64,000 nucleotides of DNA, from the NCBI GenBank assembly GCA_963785725.1, contig CAWAWS010000019.1, positions 64,001 to 128,000 on the forward strand. Reading direction: 5' to 3'. Below, piece after piece: positions 19,304-34,567 of this stretch. This stretch comes from an uncultured delta proteobacterium (lineage in GTDB: Bacteria > Myxococcota_A > Polyangia > Palsa-1104). The position numbers were made by a program, and so were the translations under genes. Below the pieces are notes generated by a model. It saw only the letters and a list, made by a program, of their open reading frames with translations, ran no database searches and was not told the DNA's origin. Position 1 is the first letter of the stretch; each line of letters begins with the position of its first letter.

Positions 19304-19447
19304 CGAATGATCTAATGCGCGTTAGACGTCCCGCCTAAGCACCGACCCACTCCCCGATTTTACACGGATGATGCGGCAACTTGCCGCAGTCAACGTTGTT
19401 TTCGTTCGCACGCGGTCGCACTGAAGCCGTTTTGAATGACTAAAGAA

Positions 19448-19883
<436 letters not shown>

Positions 19884-19949
19884 GACTCGCCGGAATGCTT
19901 AACAAACAGCCCGCCCCACCGCAAGCGAAAAAAGGCTATACCCTGGCGC

Positions 19950-20711
19950 GTGCCAGCCGACGGCAAACCGCGCCGCGAGCGCGCCGACAAGCGCGTCGTC
20001 GACGCCGGCCTCGCCGACAGCCGCAACCGCGCGCAAGCGCTCATCTTGGCCGGCCAGGTCGTCATCGGCGACCATGCCGTCGCCAAGCCCGGCGATCTCG
20101 TCGACGCCGCCGCACCCGTGCGCCTCAAGGGCGACCCCTTGCCCTACGTCTCGCGCGGCGGCCTGAAGCTCGTCCACGCGCTCGACCACTTCGCCCTCGA
20201 CGTGCACGGCCTGCGCGGCCTCGACGTCGGCGCCTCGACCGGCGGCTTCACCGACGTCCTCTTGCAGCGCGGCGCCGTCGCCGTCGTCGCCCTCGACGTC
20301 GGCACCAACCAGCTGGCGCACAAGCTGCGCCAAGATCCGCGCGTCACCTCGATCGAGCAGACCAACGCCCGCAGCTTCGACGTCACCACCCTGCCGTTCG
20401 TGCCCGACATCGTCGTCTGTGACGTCAGCTTCATCTCGCTCACGATCATCCTGCCCAAGCTCGTCGAGGCGGCGGGCCGCGGCGGCAAGCCGATCATCGC
20501 GCTGGTCAAGCCGCAGTTCGAGGTCGGCAAAGGCGAAGTCGGCAAGGGCGGCGTCGTGCGCGAGCCCGAAAAGCGCCAGGCCGCCGTCGACAAATGCGCC
20601 GCCTGCGCCCGCGCGCTCGGCTGCGACGTCATCGGCGTCATCGAATCCCCCATCACCGGTCCCGCCGGCAACGTCGAGTTCCTACTCTTTCTACGCACCG
20701 CGCCCGATTGA
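19950..20711 (+). CDS. tlyA: TlyA-family rRNA methyltransferase
   Basis: S4 domain, YVSRGGLKL, LDVGASTGGFTD, DVSFISL and LVKPQFE. Confidence 0.93.
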   Translation: MPADGKPRRERADKRVVDAGLADSRNRAQALILAGQVVIGDHAVAKPGDLVDAAAPVRLKGDPLPYVSRGGLKLVHALDHFALDVHGLRGLDVGASTGGFTDVLLQRGAVAVVALDVGTNQLAHKLRQDPRVTSIEQTNARSFDVTTLPFVPDIVVCDVSFISLTIILPKLVEAAGRGGKPIIALVKPQFEVGKGEVGKGGVVREPEKRQAAVDKCAACARALGCDVIGVIESPITGPAGNVEFLLFLRTAPD

Positions 20712-20744
20712 CGATCCGCCTTCTCCGGCAGACACTTGCCAACG

Positions 20745-21557
20745 ATGGGCACCCTCCGCTTCGGCCTCAGCCGCAGCCATGCCGGCGGCGACCTCGACGA
20801 GAGCGCGGCGCTGTTCGCCACCGCGCTCGGCGAGCGCATCGGCCGTCGCGTCGCCGTCGCCATCACGCCCGACTACGAACGACTGCTCGACGGCGTCCTC
20901 GTCGGCGCCATCAGCGTCGCCTGGATGCCGCCGCTCGTGCACGCGCGCGCCGCCGCCAAAGGCGCGCCGTTGGCCTGTGTCAGCCGTCGCGCCGGCGCCT
21001 TGACCTACCGCGCCGCGCTCCTCGTCCGCGCCGAGAGCGACTACGACAGCGTCGCCGATCTGCGCGGCATTCGCGTCGCCTGGGCCGATCCCTACAGCGC
21101 GTCGGGCTCGCTGTTCCCGCAGCTGCACCTGCACCGCGCCGGCATCGATCCGCGCTATGACTTCGCGACCGAGCAGTATTACGGCTCGGTCGCGCGCGCC
21201 TGCCGGGCCGTCGCCGCCGGCGACGCCGACCTGTGCGCGCACTACATCAGCGACGCCGCCGGCGCCGATCACTTGATGGCCCACCTCGAGCTGCGGCGGA
21301 CGCTCGGCGAGACCACCGCTCGCGCGCTGCGCGTGCTCGACGTCACCGACGCCATTCCGCCCGACGGCATGGTCCTGGCGCCACCGCTCGCCGGCCTCTT
21401 GCAAGCCTCGCTGCGCGACGCGCTCTTGGCCATGCATCAACAGCACGACGGCGCGATGGCGCTGGAAGCCTTGACGCACGCCGAGCGGCTGATGCCCGTG
21501 ACCGGCGACGTCGTGCGCATCATCAACCGCTTGCAAGCGCAAGACATGCAGCGCTAG
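20745..21557 (+). CDS. PhnD-like substrate-binding-fold protein without signal peptide
   Basis: YRAALLVR...DLRGIRVAWADPYSASGSLFP and IPPDG motifs; no ABC transporter genes nearby. Confidence 0.75.
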   Translation: MGTLRFGLSRSHAGGDLDESAALFATALGERIGRRVAVAITPDYERLLDGVLVGAISVAWMPPLVHARAAAKGAPLACVSRRAGALTYRAALLVRAESDYDSVADLRGIRVAWADPYSASGSLFPQLHLHRAGIDPRYDFATEQYYGSVARACRAVAAGDADLCAHYISDAAGADHLMAHLELRRTLGETTARALRVLDVTDAIPPDGMVLAPPLAGLLQASLRDALLAMHQQHDGAMALEALTHAERLMPVTGDVVRIINRLQAQDMQR

Positions 21558-21566
21558 CGTCGACGC

Positions 21567-22520
21567 ATGCTCGTGCTCATCACCGGCGTCGCTGGCTTCA
21601 TCGGCTCGCACCTCGCGGCGCGGCTGGCGGCGCGCGGTGATCGCGTCATCGGCCTCGATAACTTCGACGAGACGCTCTATCCGGCGTCGCTGCACATGGC
21701 GAATCTGGCGCAAGTGGCCGACGTCGTCGAGTTCACCAAGGGCGACATCCTCGACGTCGAGCTGCTCGAGCGGCTGTTTTCAAGCCATCGCTTCGACGCC
21801 ATCGTGCATTTGGGCGCGCTCGCCGGCGTCCGCCCGTCGCTGCAGCAGCCGAAGCGCTACCAACGCGTCAACATCGAAGGCACGCTCAACCTGCTCGAGG
21901 CTTGCCGCGCGTACGGTGTACGCCGCTTCGCGTTCGCGTCGTCGTCGTCGGTGTACGGCGCGCACAACGAAGTGCCGTTCCGCGAGCGCGATCCGGCGGT
22001 GCGTCCGGCGTCGCCGTACGCAGCGTCCAAGCGCGCCGGCGAGCTCTTCTGCAGCAACTACAGCGATCTTTACGGCATCGCCACGTCGGCCTTGCGCTTC
22101 TTCACCGTCTTCGGCCCGCGCCAACGGCCGGAGATGGCCATCCACAAGTTCGCCCGCCTCATCCAGAGCGGCAGCCCGGTGCCGTTTTACGGCGACGGCT
22201 CCTCGGCGCGCGACTACACGTTCATCGACGACATCATCGACGGCGTCGTCAGCTCCGTCGATCACTGCGGCAACGGCCAGCATCGCGTCTACAACTTGGG
22301 CGGCTCGCGCACGACGACGCTGGCGCGGCTCATCGAGCTCCTGGAAGCGCAGCTCGGCCGCCCCGCGATTCTGGATCGCCAGCCCGATCAGCCGGGCGAC
22401 GTGCCGATCACCTACGCCGACGTCACCGAAGCGGCGCGCGACCTCGGCTACGCGCCGAAAGTGCCGATCGAAGAGGGCATCGCGCGCTTTTGCGCCTGGT
22501 TCAAGGAGCAGCGCCCATGA
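21567..22520 (+). CDS. NAD-dependent epimerase (UDP-glucuronate 4-epimerase-like)
   Basis: TGVAGFIG, AGVRPS, SSSSVYG, YAASK and RFFTVFGPRQRPEMA. Confidence 0.9.
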   Translation: MLVLITGVAGFIGSHLAARLAARGDRVIGLDNFDETLYPASLHMANLAQVADVVEFTKGDILDVELLERLFSSHRFDAIVHLGALAGVRPSLQQPKRYQRVNIEGTLNLLEACRAYGVRRFAFASSSSVYGAHNEVPFRERDPAVRPASPYAASKRAGELFCSNYSDLYGIATSALRFFTVFGPRQRPEMAIHKFARLIQSGSPVPFYGDGSSARDYTFIDDIIDGVVSSVDHCGNGQHRVYNLGGSRTTTLARLIELLEAQLGRPAILDRQPDQPGDVPITYADVTEAARDLGYAPKVPIEEGIARFCAWFKEQRP

Positions 22521-22882
22521 GCGATCGCGATCGCCTCCTCGACGACCTCGAGCTGCTGGAAAAGGCGCGCATCGTCGTCAACGACAAGGCGTTTCAAGTG
22601 CGCGGCGCGACGATTCCGTTCGGCGCCATCTTGCACATCGAGCTGTCGACGCCGGAGACGAGCGGCACGACGGAGGTCGCCGCGTGGCACGAGCGGCGCG
22701 CCGTCGCCCGCATCATCACCGACGATCGCATGCACGACCCGGTGCTGATGGAGATGGGCGTGCGCGTGTCGTCGAGCGACGGCGCGCCGCCCGAGTTCGA
22801 CGCGAGCCGGCTGGCGCTGCGCGTGCGCCACATCGCCGAGGCGGCGGCGCGCGTCGCGGGCAAGAAAGTCGTCGCCGCGTAA
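22517..22882 (+). CDS. Hypothetical protein
   Basis: MSDRDRLLDDLELLEK...; ATGA overlap and AAGGAG SD; 3' part of ORF 21902..22882. Confidence 0.7.
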   Translation: MSDRDRLLDDLELLEKARIVVNDKAFQVRGATIPFGAILHIELSTPETSGTTEVAAWHERRAVARIITDDRMHDPVLMEMGVRVSSSDGAPPEFDASRLALRVRHIAEAAARVAGKKVVAA

Positions 22883-22902
22883 CCGCACGCGACCGTAGGC
22901 GT

Positions 22903-23370
22903 TCAGCGCGCCATGTCGGGCGGCGACGCGGCCGGCGCGCCGTCGCCGGCCGCAGCGGCGGCCCCTTCGGGCGCGGCCCACGCAGCCTTGATCTCGTCGG
23001 CGCTGGCGGCGATGACGCGGCCGTGCAGCCCGCGCAGATGCAGCTCGAGCGCCTTCAGCGGATGGCGCTCGTAGCCGGACGGAATCTCCAGCTCGCACGC
23101 CCGCGTCCCCGTCGCTGCCGGCGCATCGCAGTGGATCGACTGCGCGACATAGTGACGATCGCGCTCATCGGTCATCGTGAAATAGTTCGACGGCGGCGCC
23201 TTCGCCAAGCCCGTCACTTCCACCAACAAGAGGCGTCGCGACCGATCGAACGCGCGTAAATGCAGCGTCGTCGGCGCTTTCGCCGTCGCCGACTTCGTCG
23301 TCGGCTTGCCCCACGCCATCGTCGCGGCCCCCACCGCGAGCAGCGCCGCTAAGGTTGTGCGCCCGTCCAT
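22903..23370 (-). CDS. Hypothetical exported protein
   Basis: Signal peptide, Cys pair, typical codon usage. Confidence 0.65.
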   Translation of the reverse strand: MDGRTTLAALLAVGAATMAWGKPTTKSATAKAPTTLHLRAFDRSRRLLLVEVTGLAKAPPSNYFTMTDERDRHYVAQSIHCDAPAATGTRACELEIPSGYERHPLKALELHLRGLHGRVIAASADEIKAAWAAPEGAAAAAGDGAPAASPPDMAR

Positions 23371-23846
23371 GTGAACGACCCCTCGGTCATCGTCGGATCG
23401 TCGACGCGAATCATCGTCGACAGGTCGCCGGCGAGCATACCCTGACCGACGATGGTTCCGCTAAGCGAAATCCGAAGCGGGCCGTCGTCGTCGTTGTCAT
23501 CGTCGGTGACGGGCATGTCGATGGGGACGTTGATGCGCACCTCGCAGCCGAGGACGCCGCCGGTCTTACCGCCGTCGTTGTGCGTCAGCTGCGGGATCGT
23601 CAGGGTGTCGAAGGCGCCTTTGTCGGCCGACGTCAGCGTGCCCCAAAGGAGCGCGCCCAAGCCGCTCGAGCGCTTGACCTGCTGCAGCTGCGCGTCGATG
23701 ACGTCGCCCGTCGTTGCGCCGCCGTCGGCGATGGGCGTGAGCGTGAAGATCCACTGACCGGTGAGGTCCGGATCCAAGCTGCAGGCGGTGAAGGGATTAT
23801 TGCCGCAACCGCCGCCGAGACCGAGCACGGCGGCGACTGCGACCAA
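23349..23846 (-). CDS. Hypothetical lipoprotein (start uncertain)
   Basis: VAVAAVLGLGGGC lipobox; TTG 23846 is preceded by TACGTT at 6 nt. Confidence 0.6.
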   Translation of the reverse strand: MVAVAAVLGLGGGCGNNPFTACSLDPDLTGQWIFTLTPIADGGATTGDVIDAQLQQVKRSSGLGALLWGTLTSADKGAFDTLTIPQLTHNDGGKTGGVLGCEVRINVPIDMPVTDDDNDDDGPLRISLSGTIVGQGMLAGDLSTMIRVDDPTMTEGSFTWTGAQP

Positions 23847-23878
23847 GCGAAAAACGTACGGAAACCGAAGCGCTGCGA

Positions 23879-25202
<1,324 letters not shown>

Positions 25203-25210
25203 GGGCGCGA

Positions 25211-25239
25211 ACCTTATGCAAGCAGGCGGCCGCGGTCAA
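25211..25239 (-). promoter_or_regulatory. Sigma-70 promoter of ino1 (near-leaderless)
   Basis: TTGACC-N17-TAAGGT, 8 nt before the ATG. Confidence 0.6.
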
Positions 25240-25665
25240 GTAACCGATTTGTCGTGATCGAGGTGTTGAACCTTCACCGAGCTGTCGCGCTTTCCAACGC
25301 CGCCTTACGACGATCTCTGTCGTCGTCATCCAATAATAGGTGGCGAGCGTCGTAGCGTTTGCCCGAGAATGCCGTAGATCTGGTTCTGCAGGCAGGCGAC
25401 GACGACGACCAGCACCTCCGACCGCTCGACCGCTTCCGACTGACTGGAGGCCGAGCCCTCGCCTTTCGGCCAGCGTCACATCCTTGATCTTGGCCTATTT
25501 GCGTGTTAGATCGTCCCGCCGCTAAACAAGCGGCAAAGGCGTCGAAGTTTGGGCGCCGCGGTCTCCGACGCCAAAAGCGAACGCGACCGTTACCAAACGA
25601 CACAGGCAGCCGGAGGCGATTGCGTCCGCCGTTGAAGGTTGCCGAGGAAGACGCGGGAGAAAACC

Positions 25666-26569
25666 ATGGAAGGCACGCAGCAGCAGTCGGCTCTGAACGA
25701 GCCCCCGATCACGATGCGCCAGCTCCTCGAGGCCGGCGTCCACTTCGGTCACCAGACCAAGCGCTGGAACCCGAAGATGAAGCCGTTCATCTTCGGCGCG
25801 CGCAACGGCATCTACATCATCGACCTGCAGCACACCGTCAAGCTGTTCCGCAAGGCGCTACAACTTCATCGTCGACACGGTCGTCGCAGGGCGAGCTCGG
25901 TGCTGTTCGTCGGCACCAAGAAGCAGGCGCAGGACGTCATCCAGGAAGAGGCGCGCCGCTCGGGTCAGTTCTACGTCACCAACCGCTGGCTGGGCGGCAC
26001 GCTCACCAACTTCAAGACCGTCAAGGGCTCGATCGAGCGCCTGCGCGGCATCGAGAAGATGGCCGAGGACGGCACCTTCGAGCGCCTGACGAAGAAGGAA
26101 GTGCTCGGCCTCGAGCGCGAGCGCGTCAAGCTCGAGAAGACGCTCGGCGGCATCAAGGACATGGGCGGCCTGCCGCGGCGCGATGTTCGTCATCGACCCG
26201 AAGAAGGAGCACATCGCCGTCGACGAGGCGCGCAAGCTCGAGATTCCGATCGTCGCCATCGTCGACACCAACTGCGATCCCGGACCTCATCGACTACGTC
26301 ATCCCCGGCAACGACGACGCCATCCGCGCCATCAAGCTGTTCACGGGCAAGATCGCCGACGCCGCGCATCGACCGGCGGTCGCATCGGCAAGGAGCGCGC
26401 GGCCTCGCGCAACGAGCGCCGCGACCAGGACGAAGAGCAGAAGCCGGAGACGATCCGCGTGTCGTCGGGCGGCGATGGCCCGAAGGTCGAGATCGCGTCG
26501 CGCCGCTCGGGCTCGACGCGTCCGGCGCCCGAAGCGTCGGTTTCGCCGGACGAAGCGGGTAAGGAGTAA
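25666..26569 (+). CDS. rpsB: 30S ribosomal protein S2; several single-base frameshifts (probable sequence errors)
   Basis: [36 protein letters not shown] and [12 protein letters not shown] are spread over three frames. Confidence 0.95.
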
Positions 26570-26574
26570 GCACC

Positions 26575-27267
26575 ATGGCCGAGATCACCGCTACGATGAT
26601 CAAAGAGCTGCGCGAGCGCACCGGCGCCGGCATGTCCGACTGCAAGAAGGCGCTCGACGGAGACCGACGGCGACCTCGAGAAGGCCGCGCGAATACCTGC
26701 GCAAGAAGGGCCTCGCCGCCGCCGCCAAGAAGGCCGGCCGCATCGCGACCGAAGGCGCCGGTCACGTCGTACATCCACAACGGACGCGTCGGCGTGCTGA
26801 TCGAGGTCAACTGCGAGACCGACTTCGTCGCCAAGACCGACGACTTCCAGCGCTTCGTCAAGGACGTCGCGATGCACATCGCGGGCGCGTCGCCGGCGCC
26901 GATGGTCGTCTCCGAAGCGGACATCGATCCGGTCGCCGTCGAGAAGGAGCGCGAGATCCGCTTGGAAGCGGCGCGCAACCCGAAGCAGGTCCCGGGCGAG
27001 AAGCTCAAGGTCATCCCGGAAGCGATGATCCCGAAGATCGTCGACGGCCAGATCGCCAAGTGGAAGAAGGACGTCTGCCTGCTCGATCAGATCTGGGTGC
27101 GCGATCCCGAAGGCAAGAAGACGATCGGCGCGCTCTTGAACGAGCTCGTGGCCAAGATCGGCGAGAACATCAAGATCCGCCGCTTCGTGCGCTGGGAGCT
27201 CGGCGAGGGCCTCGAGAAGAAGAAGGACGACTTCGCCGCCGAAGTCGCCAAGCAGGCCGGCCTGTAA
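26575..27267 (+). CDS. tsf: Elongation factor Ts (short form); compensating frameshifts at about 26655-26760
   Basis: [29 protein letters not shown] and [32 protein letters not shown] is in another frame. Confidence 0.95.
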   Translation: MAEITATMIKELRERTGAGMSDCKKALDGDRRRPREGRANTCARRASPPPPRRPAASRPKAPVTSYIHNGRVGVLIEVNCETDFVAKTDDFQRFVKDVAMHIAGASPAPMVVSEADIDPVAVEKEREIRLEAARNPKQVPGEKLKVIPEAMIPKIVDGQIAKWKKDVCLLDQIWVRDPEGKKTIGALLNELVAKIGENIKIRRFVRWELGEGLEKKKDDFAAEVAKQAGL

Positions 27268-27343
27268 TTTCGCCTCGTTCTGCTCGCCTCGCACTAATTC
27301 CCGTCTGGAAATTCCCTCGTTGATCCCATACTCTCCCATCCTC

Positions 27344-28084
27344 ATGGGAGAGCCCGCACCGCGCTTCAAGCGAATCCTGCTCAAGCTGTCCGGCGAAGCG
27401 CTCATGGGCGACACCGGCTTCGGCATCGAGCCGGCCGTGCTCGAGCAGATCGCGTCCGAAATCGGCGAGGTGCGCGCGCGCGGCACCGAGATCGCCATCG
27501 TCATCGGCGGCGGCAACATCTTCCGCGGCTTGGCGGCGTCGGCGCATGGCATGGATCGCGCGTCGGCCGACTACATGGGCATGCTGGCGACGGTCATGAA
27601 CTCGCTGGCGCTGCAGGATGCGCTCGAGCGGCGCGAGATCGTCACGCGCGTCATGTCGGCGATCGCGATGCAGGAGCTGTGTGAGCCCTATATTCGCCGG
27701 CGCGCGATGCGGCACCTCGAGAAGGGGCGCGTCGTCATCTTCGCGGCCGGCACCGGCAATCCCTACTTCACGACCGATACGGCGGCGTCGCTGCGCGCGA
27801 TGGAGATTCACGCCGAGGTGCTGCTCAAGGCCACCAAGGTCGACGGCATTTACGACAAAGATCCGGTGAAGCACACCGACGCGAAGCGCTTTCATCGGCT
27901 CACCTACCTCGAAGTCTTGCAGCGCAACCTCAAGGTCATGGACTCGACGGCGATGGCGCTCTGCCGCGACAACAAGCTCGCCATCGTCGTCTTCGACCTG
28001 CATACGCGCGGCAACATCAGCCGCGTCGTCGCCGGCGAGTCCATCGGCACGCTGGTCACAGACGAGGAGAATCGGCCATGGTGA
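27344..28084 (+). CDS. pyrH: Uridylate kinase
   Basis: [19 protein letters not shown] and [10 protein letters not shown]. Confidence 0.97.
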   Translation: MGEPAPRFKRILLKLSGEALMGDTGFGIEPAVLEQIASEIGEVRARGTEIAIVIGGGNIFRGLAASAHGMDRASADYMGMLATVMNSLALQDALERREIVTRVMSAIAMQELCEPYIRRRAMRHLEKGRVVIFAAGTGNPYFTTDTAASLRAMEIHAEVLLKATKVDGIYDKDPVKHTDAKRFHRLTYLEVLQRNLKVMDSTAMALCRDNKLAIVVFDLHTRGNISRVVAGESIGTLVTDEENRPW

Positions 28085-28635
28085 ACGACATTTTGAAGGA
28101 CCTCGAAGCGGGCTTGGCCAAAGCGCAGGATTCGCTCAAGCGCGAGCTCGCCAAAGTGCGCACCGGTCGCGCGAACTTGGCGCTGCTCGACGGCGTGCGC
28201 GTCGACTATTACGGCACGCCGACGCCGCTGAACCAGGTGGCCTCGGTGTCGACGCCGGACGCGCGGCTGATCCAGATCAAGCCGTGGGAGAAGAAGCTCA
28301 TCCCGGCGATCGAGGACGCGATTCGCAAGTCGGAGCTGGGCGTCAATCCGAACAGCGACGGCGAAGTGGTGCGCATTCCGATTCCGTCGCTGACCGAGGA
28401 GCGGCGCCGCGATCTGACCAAGGTCGTCAAGCGCATGGGCGAGGACGCGCGCGTCGCCATTCGCAATCAGCGCCGCGACGCCAACGAGATGCTCAAGGAA
28501 TACCAGTCGGGCGGCGACATCACCGAGGACGAGCAGACGCAAGGCACGAAGAAGGTGCAAGCTGCGATCGACAAAGGAATCGCCGTTGTCGACGAGCTGG
28601 TGAGCAAAAAAGAAGCCGAGATTATGGAAGTCTGA
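28078..28635 (+). CDS. frr: Ribosome recycling factor
   Basis: [21 protein letters not shown] and RNQRRDAN. Confidence 0.97.
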   Translation: MVNDILKDLEAGLAKAQDSLKRELAKVRTGRANLALLDGVRVDYYGTPTPLNQVASVSTPDARLIQIKPWEKKLIPAIEDAIRKSELGVNPNSDGEVVRIPIPSLTEERRRDLTKVVKRMGEDARVAIRNQRRDANEMLKEYQSGGDITEDEQTQGTKKVQAAIDKGIAVVDELVSKKEAEIMEV

Positions 28636-28644
28636 CCGGCAGCA

Positions 28645-29979
28645 ATGGCAGCGCCCGCGCGATTCGGCAAGTACGATCTGCTGGCGCTGCTGGCCACGGG
28701 TGGTATGGCCGAGATTTGGCTGGCGCGAATCTCGGGTGAGGCCGGCTTCGAGAAGCTGGTCGTCATCAAACGGCTGCTCGATCAGCTGGCACTCGACGCG
28801 GAGTTCGTCGAGATGTTCCTCGACGAAGCGCGCATCAACGCGCGGCTGCAGCACTCCAACATCGTGCAGGTCATGGAGCTGGGCCAGGTCGAAGGCCGCT
28901 ACTTCATGGCCATGGAGTACGTGCCCGGCCTGTCGGTGGCGCAGCTCGGCAAGCGCGCGACCAAGCTGCTCGGCGACGTGCCGCTGGAGGTGGCGGGCGG
29001 CATCGTCATGCAGGCGTGCGTCGGGCTGCACTACGCGCACGAGAAGACGCTGCCCGACGGCAAGCCGCTCGACATCATCCATCGCGACGTCTCGCCGCAG
29101 AACCTGATCTGCACGTTCGAAGGCTTGGTCAAGGTGCTCGATTTCGGCATCGCCAAGGCGTCGGAGCGCGTGAGCCAGACGCGCACGGGCATGGTCAAGG
29201 GCAAGTTCTCGTATATGTCGCCCGAGCAGTGTCTGGGCGCGCCGCTCGATCGCCGCTCGGACGTGTTCACGCTCGGCATCGTGCTCTTCGAGCTGGCGAC
29301 GTCGCGACGGCTGTTCAAGCGCGCCAGCACCTACGACACCTATTTGGCGATTACGCAGGCGGATGTGCCGTCGCCGAGCGCGGTGAACTACAAGATCGCG
29401 CCGGCGCTGGAGGCGGTCATCGTCAAAGCGCTGCAGCGGAAGCCGCAAGATCGCTTTGCCAGCTGCGACGAGATGCACGAGGCGCTCGACCACGCGCTGC
29501 GCACGCTCGGGCTGCACGCGTCGCCGACCGATCTCGGCAAGTTCATGGAGGCGACGTTCGCCGACGAGCAGGAGGAGCAGCAGCGGCTCGTCGGACAGGC
29601 GCAGCGCGGCGAGCTCGACGTCAGCGACGCCCATGCGCGCGCGGTGTCGCCGGTGGCGGTGGCGGCGGCGCTGGAGTCGCAGGCGAATTACACGGTCGAC
29701 GACTCGCGGACGTCGATCGATCTCTTGCCGGCGCTGGCGGACGAGTCGCACCGCACGATATTGGCGGAGGAGAGCGAGCTCGAGCAGAGCTGGGACTCGG
29801 AGCACGACATCAAGACGCGGGCGATGGTGCCGCAGTCGCACACCGCCGTCACCGAGCCGCGCGGCATACCCGTCGTCGAAGATCCGCCGAACCAAGGGCC
29901 GAAGCCGACGATTTACTACGCCTTCGGTACGGCCGGTCTGCTGCTGCTCGTCCTCATCATCTGGCTCATCGCGCGCTAG
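28645..29979 (+). CDS. Hanks-type Ser/Thr protein kinase with C-terminal membrane anchor
   Basis: GGMAEI, VVIK, HRDVSPQN, DFG and YMSPEQ; terminal hydrophobic helix. Confidence 0.92.
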   Translation: MAAPARFGKYDLLALLATGGMAEIWLARISGEAGFEKLVVIKRLLDQLALDAEFVEMFLDEARINARLQHSNIVQVMELGQVEGRYFMAMEYVPGLSVAQLGKRATKLLGDVPLEVAGGIVMQACVGLHYAHEKTLPDGKPLDIIHRDVSPQNLICTFEGLVKVLDFGIAKASERVSQTRTGMVKGKFSYMSPEQCLGAPLDRRSDVFTLGIVLFELATSRRLFKRASTYDTYLAITQADVPSPSAVNYKIAPALEAVIVKALQRKPQDRFASCDEMHEALDHALRTLGLHASPTDLGKFMEATFADEQEEQQRLVGQAQRGELDVSDAHARAVSPVAVAAALESQANYTVDDSRTSIDLLPALADESHRTILAEESELEQSWDSEHDIKTRAMVPQSHTAVTEPRGIPVVEDPPNQGPKPTIYYAFGTAGLLLLVLIIWLIAR

Positions 29980-29995
29980 CGACGAACGGCGTTCG

Positions 29996-32795
<2,800 letters not shown>

Positions 32796-33200
32796 TTATT
32801 CGGCGGCGAGGCCGTCCTTCTGCGTCGGCACGAACGTCGCCTTGGCCAGCTCCTGCTGCTTGATGCTGAGGCGCACGACGATGCCCGCCTTCGTCAACAC
32901 CGGCTCGCGCAGGAACAGGTGGTAATTGCGGATCTCTTTGTCGTCGGGCGGCGCGCCTTGCGCCTTCTTCGACGGCGTGCCGGTGACGAGGCGGATCTTC
33001 TCGTTCGGCTGCAAGATGAACCCGGGCTCGAGCGTGCCGATCGGATGCGGCCGCTCGGTCGCCTTCTTGGCGACGGTGACGGTGCAGCCGTGCGCGTTGA
33101 CGACGTTGGGCCCGGTGTTTTCGAGGAGCAACCACTCCTCGTTGAGCGCTTCGGGAGACTTCGGCTTGTGGAGCTCGCGGAAGACGAGAGCCATCTTCAT
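32796..33200 (-). CDS. Hypothetical protein, lamin-tail-domain-like
   Basis: NEEWLLLENTG...FILQPNEKIRLVTG resembles an LTD; ATGA overlap with selD. Confidence 0.65.
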   Translation of the reverse strand: MKMALVFRELHKPKSPEALNEEWLLLENTGPNVVNAHGCTVTVAKKATERPHPIGTLEPGFILQPNEKIRLVTGTPSKKAQGAPPDDKEIRNYHLFLREPVLTKAGIVVRLSIKQQELAKATFVPTQKDGLAAE

Positions 33201-34234
33201 TCACCTCGCAAAAATTGAACGTAAGATTCATTGGCGGCGCGCGCTTCACCGATGCGCGCCGCGTGGGTTACGCCGGCGTCATGCAGACGCGCCAGCAGTT
33301 CGTCGGCTTTCGCCGGGTCGACGGCCATGAGCAGCCCGCCGGAAGTTTGCGGATCGTGAACCAGCTCGTCCCAAAAGCCGGGGACGATGCCGCGAATGCG
33401 ACCGGCGCCGTTGGCGCGATTGGGCTTCGTCGAGCCGGTCGTCACGCCCGCGGCCACCATGTCGCGCAAGCGCGGATAAAGTGGCAGCGACGGTAAATCG
33501 ATGTGCAGCGCGAGATTGCCCGCGGCGGTCATTTCCAAGCCGTGACCGACGAGGCCGAAGCCGGTCACGTCGGTCATCGCGTGCACCGCCGGCCACAGCG
33601 CGGCCGCTGCTTCGCCGGCCGCGCGATTGAGCGTCGCCAGCTGCAACAGCGACGGGCGCGCTTCGTCTTCGGTCAACGCGCCTTTGCGCATGCCGTTGAT
33701 GACGAGGCCCGAGCCGAGCGGTTTCGTCAGGATCAAGATGTCGCCGGGACGCGCGCCGATGTTGCGGATGACGCGATCGGGAGCGACCACGCCCGTCACC
33801 GACAAGCCGTAAAACAGCTCCTCGCAGCGAACGGTGTGGCCGCCGACGATGAAGACGCCGGCCTCGGTCGCTTTGGCGAGCCCGCCGGCCAAGACGGCGT
33901 GCGCCTGCTCGGGCTCGAGCGCCTTCGGGAACATGCATAACGCGAGCGCCGTCAAAGGCTTGCCGCCCATCGCGTAGACGTCGGAGATGGCGTTGGCGGC
34001 CGCGATTTGGCCGTACAAGAAGCCGTCGTCCGTCGGTGGCGTGATGAAATCGGCGGTGACGACGATCGCCTGCTGGTCGTCGAGCGCGAACACGCCGGCG
34101 TCGTCCGACGTCTCGGTGCCGACGAGCAGCGACGGGTGGCCCGGCGCCGCGAGACCGCCCATGATCGCGCGCAGATCGAGCGGCGCGACCTTGGCCGCAC
34201 AGCCGCCGCAAGTGGCGAACTTCGTGAGGTTCAT
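33197..34234 (-). CDS. selD: Selenide, water dikinase (Cys form)
   Basis: GGCAAK, DDAGVF, AANAISDVYAMGG, GGHT, TDVTGFGL and DPQTSGGLL. Confidence 0.93.
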   Translation of the reverse strand: MNLTKFATCGGCAAKVAPLDLRAIMGGLAAPGHPSLLVGTETSDDAGVFALDDQQAIVVTADFITPPTDDGFLYGQIAAANAISDVYAMGGKPLTALALCMFPKALEPEQAHAVLAGGLAKATEAGVFIVGGHTVRCEELFYGLSVTGVVAPDRVIRNIGARPGDILILTKPLGSGLVINGMRKGALTEDEARPSLLQLATLNRAAGEAAAALWPAVHAMTDVTGFGLVGHGLEMTAAGNLALHIDLPSLPLYPRLRDMVAAGVTTGSTKPNRANGAGRIRGIVPGFWDELVHDPQTSGGLLMAVDPAKADELLARLHDAGVTHAARIGEARAANESYVQFLRGE

Positions 34235-34282
34235 CTCGACCGCGTAAGCTAGCACATGCTATGGAGCGACGACGGAGGATCC

Positions 34283-34561
34283 ATGGCCAAGCTGACGATC
34301 GAACAGGCGCACTCGCTCCCGCTGGACGAGGTCAAGAAGCGGCTCGAGGAGATCGCCACGCGACTGTCGGAGAAGTACGGCATCGACGCCAATTGGACGT
34401 CGGATCGCGAGGCTTCGCTGAAGCGCACGGGCGTGACCGGCAAGATCACGCTGACCGAGAAGAGCGTCTCGGTGCTGCTCGACTTGTCGTTCGCGCTCTT
34501 GCCGGTCAAGGGCAAGATCGAGGAGCGCATCAAGCGCGAATTGGCGACCGCGCTCGTCTAG
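34283..34561 (+). CDS. Putative polyhydroxyalkanoic-acid-system family protein
   Basis: IEQAHSL...KYGIDANW...KRTGVTG...VKGKIEERI pattern; GGAGG SD. Confidence 0.7.
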   Translation: MAKLTIEQAHSLPLDEVKKRLEEIATRLSEKYGIDANWTSDREASLKRTGVTGKITLTEKSVSVLLDLSFALLPVKGKIEERIKRELATALV

Positions 34562-34567
34562 CGTCCG

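Noticed and set aside
25203..25603. Small ORFs between ino1 and rpsB
   Set aside because: No motif, SD or convincing codon bias; probably divergent promoter sequence.
25560..25665. t44/rpsB leader RNA
   Set aside because: The position fits, but I could not confirm sequence or structure by eye; it needs an Rfam cmscan.
25858..26760. Programmed frameshifting or pseudogenisation of rpsB and tsf
   Set aside because: Too many scattered indels and no slippery sites; sequence error is the simpler explanation.
34200..34234. Selenocysteine in SelD
   Set aside because: The active-site codon is TGC (Cys); there is no in-frame TGA.
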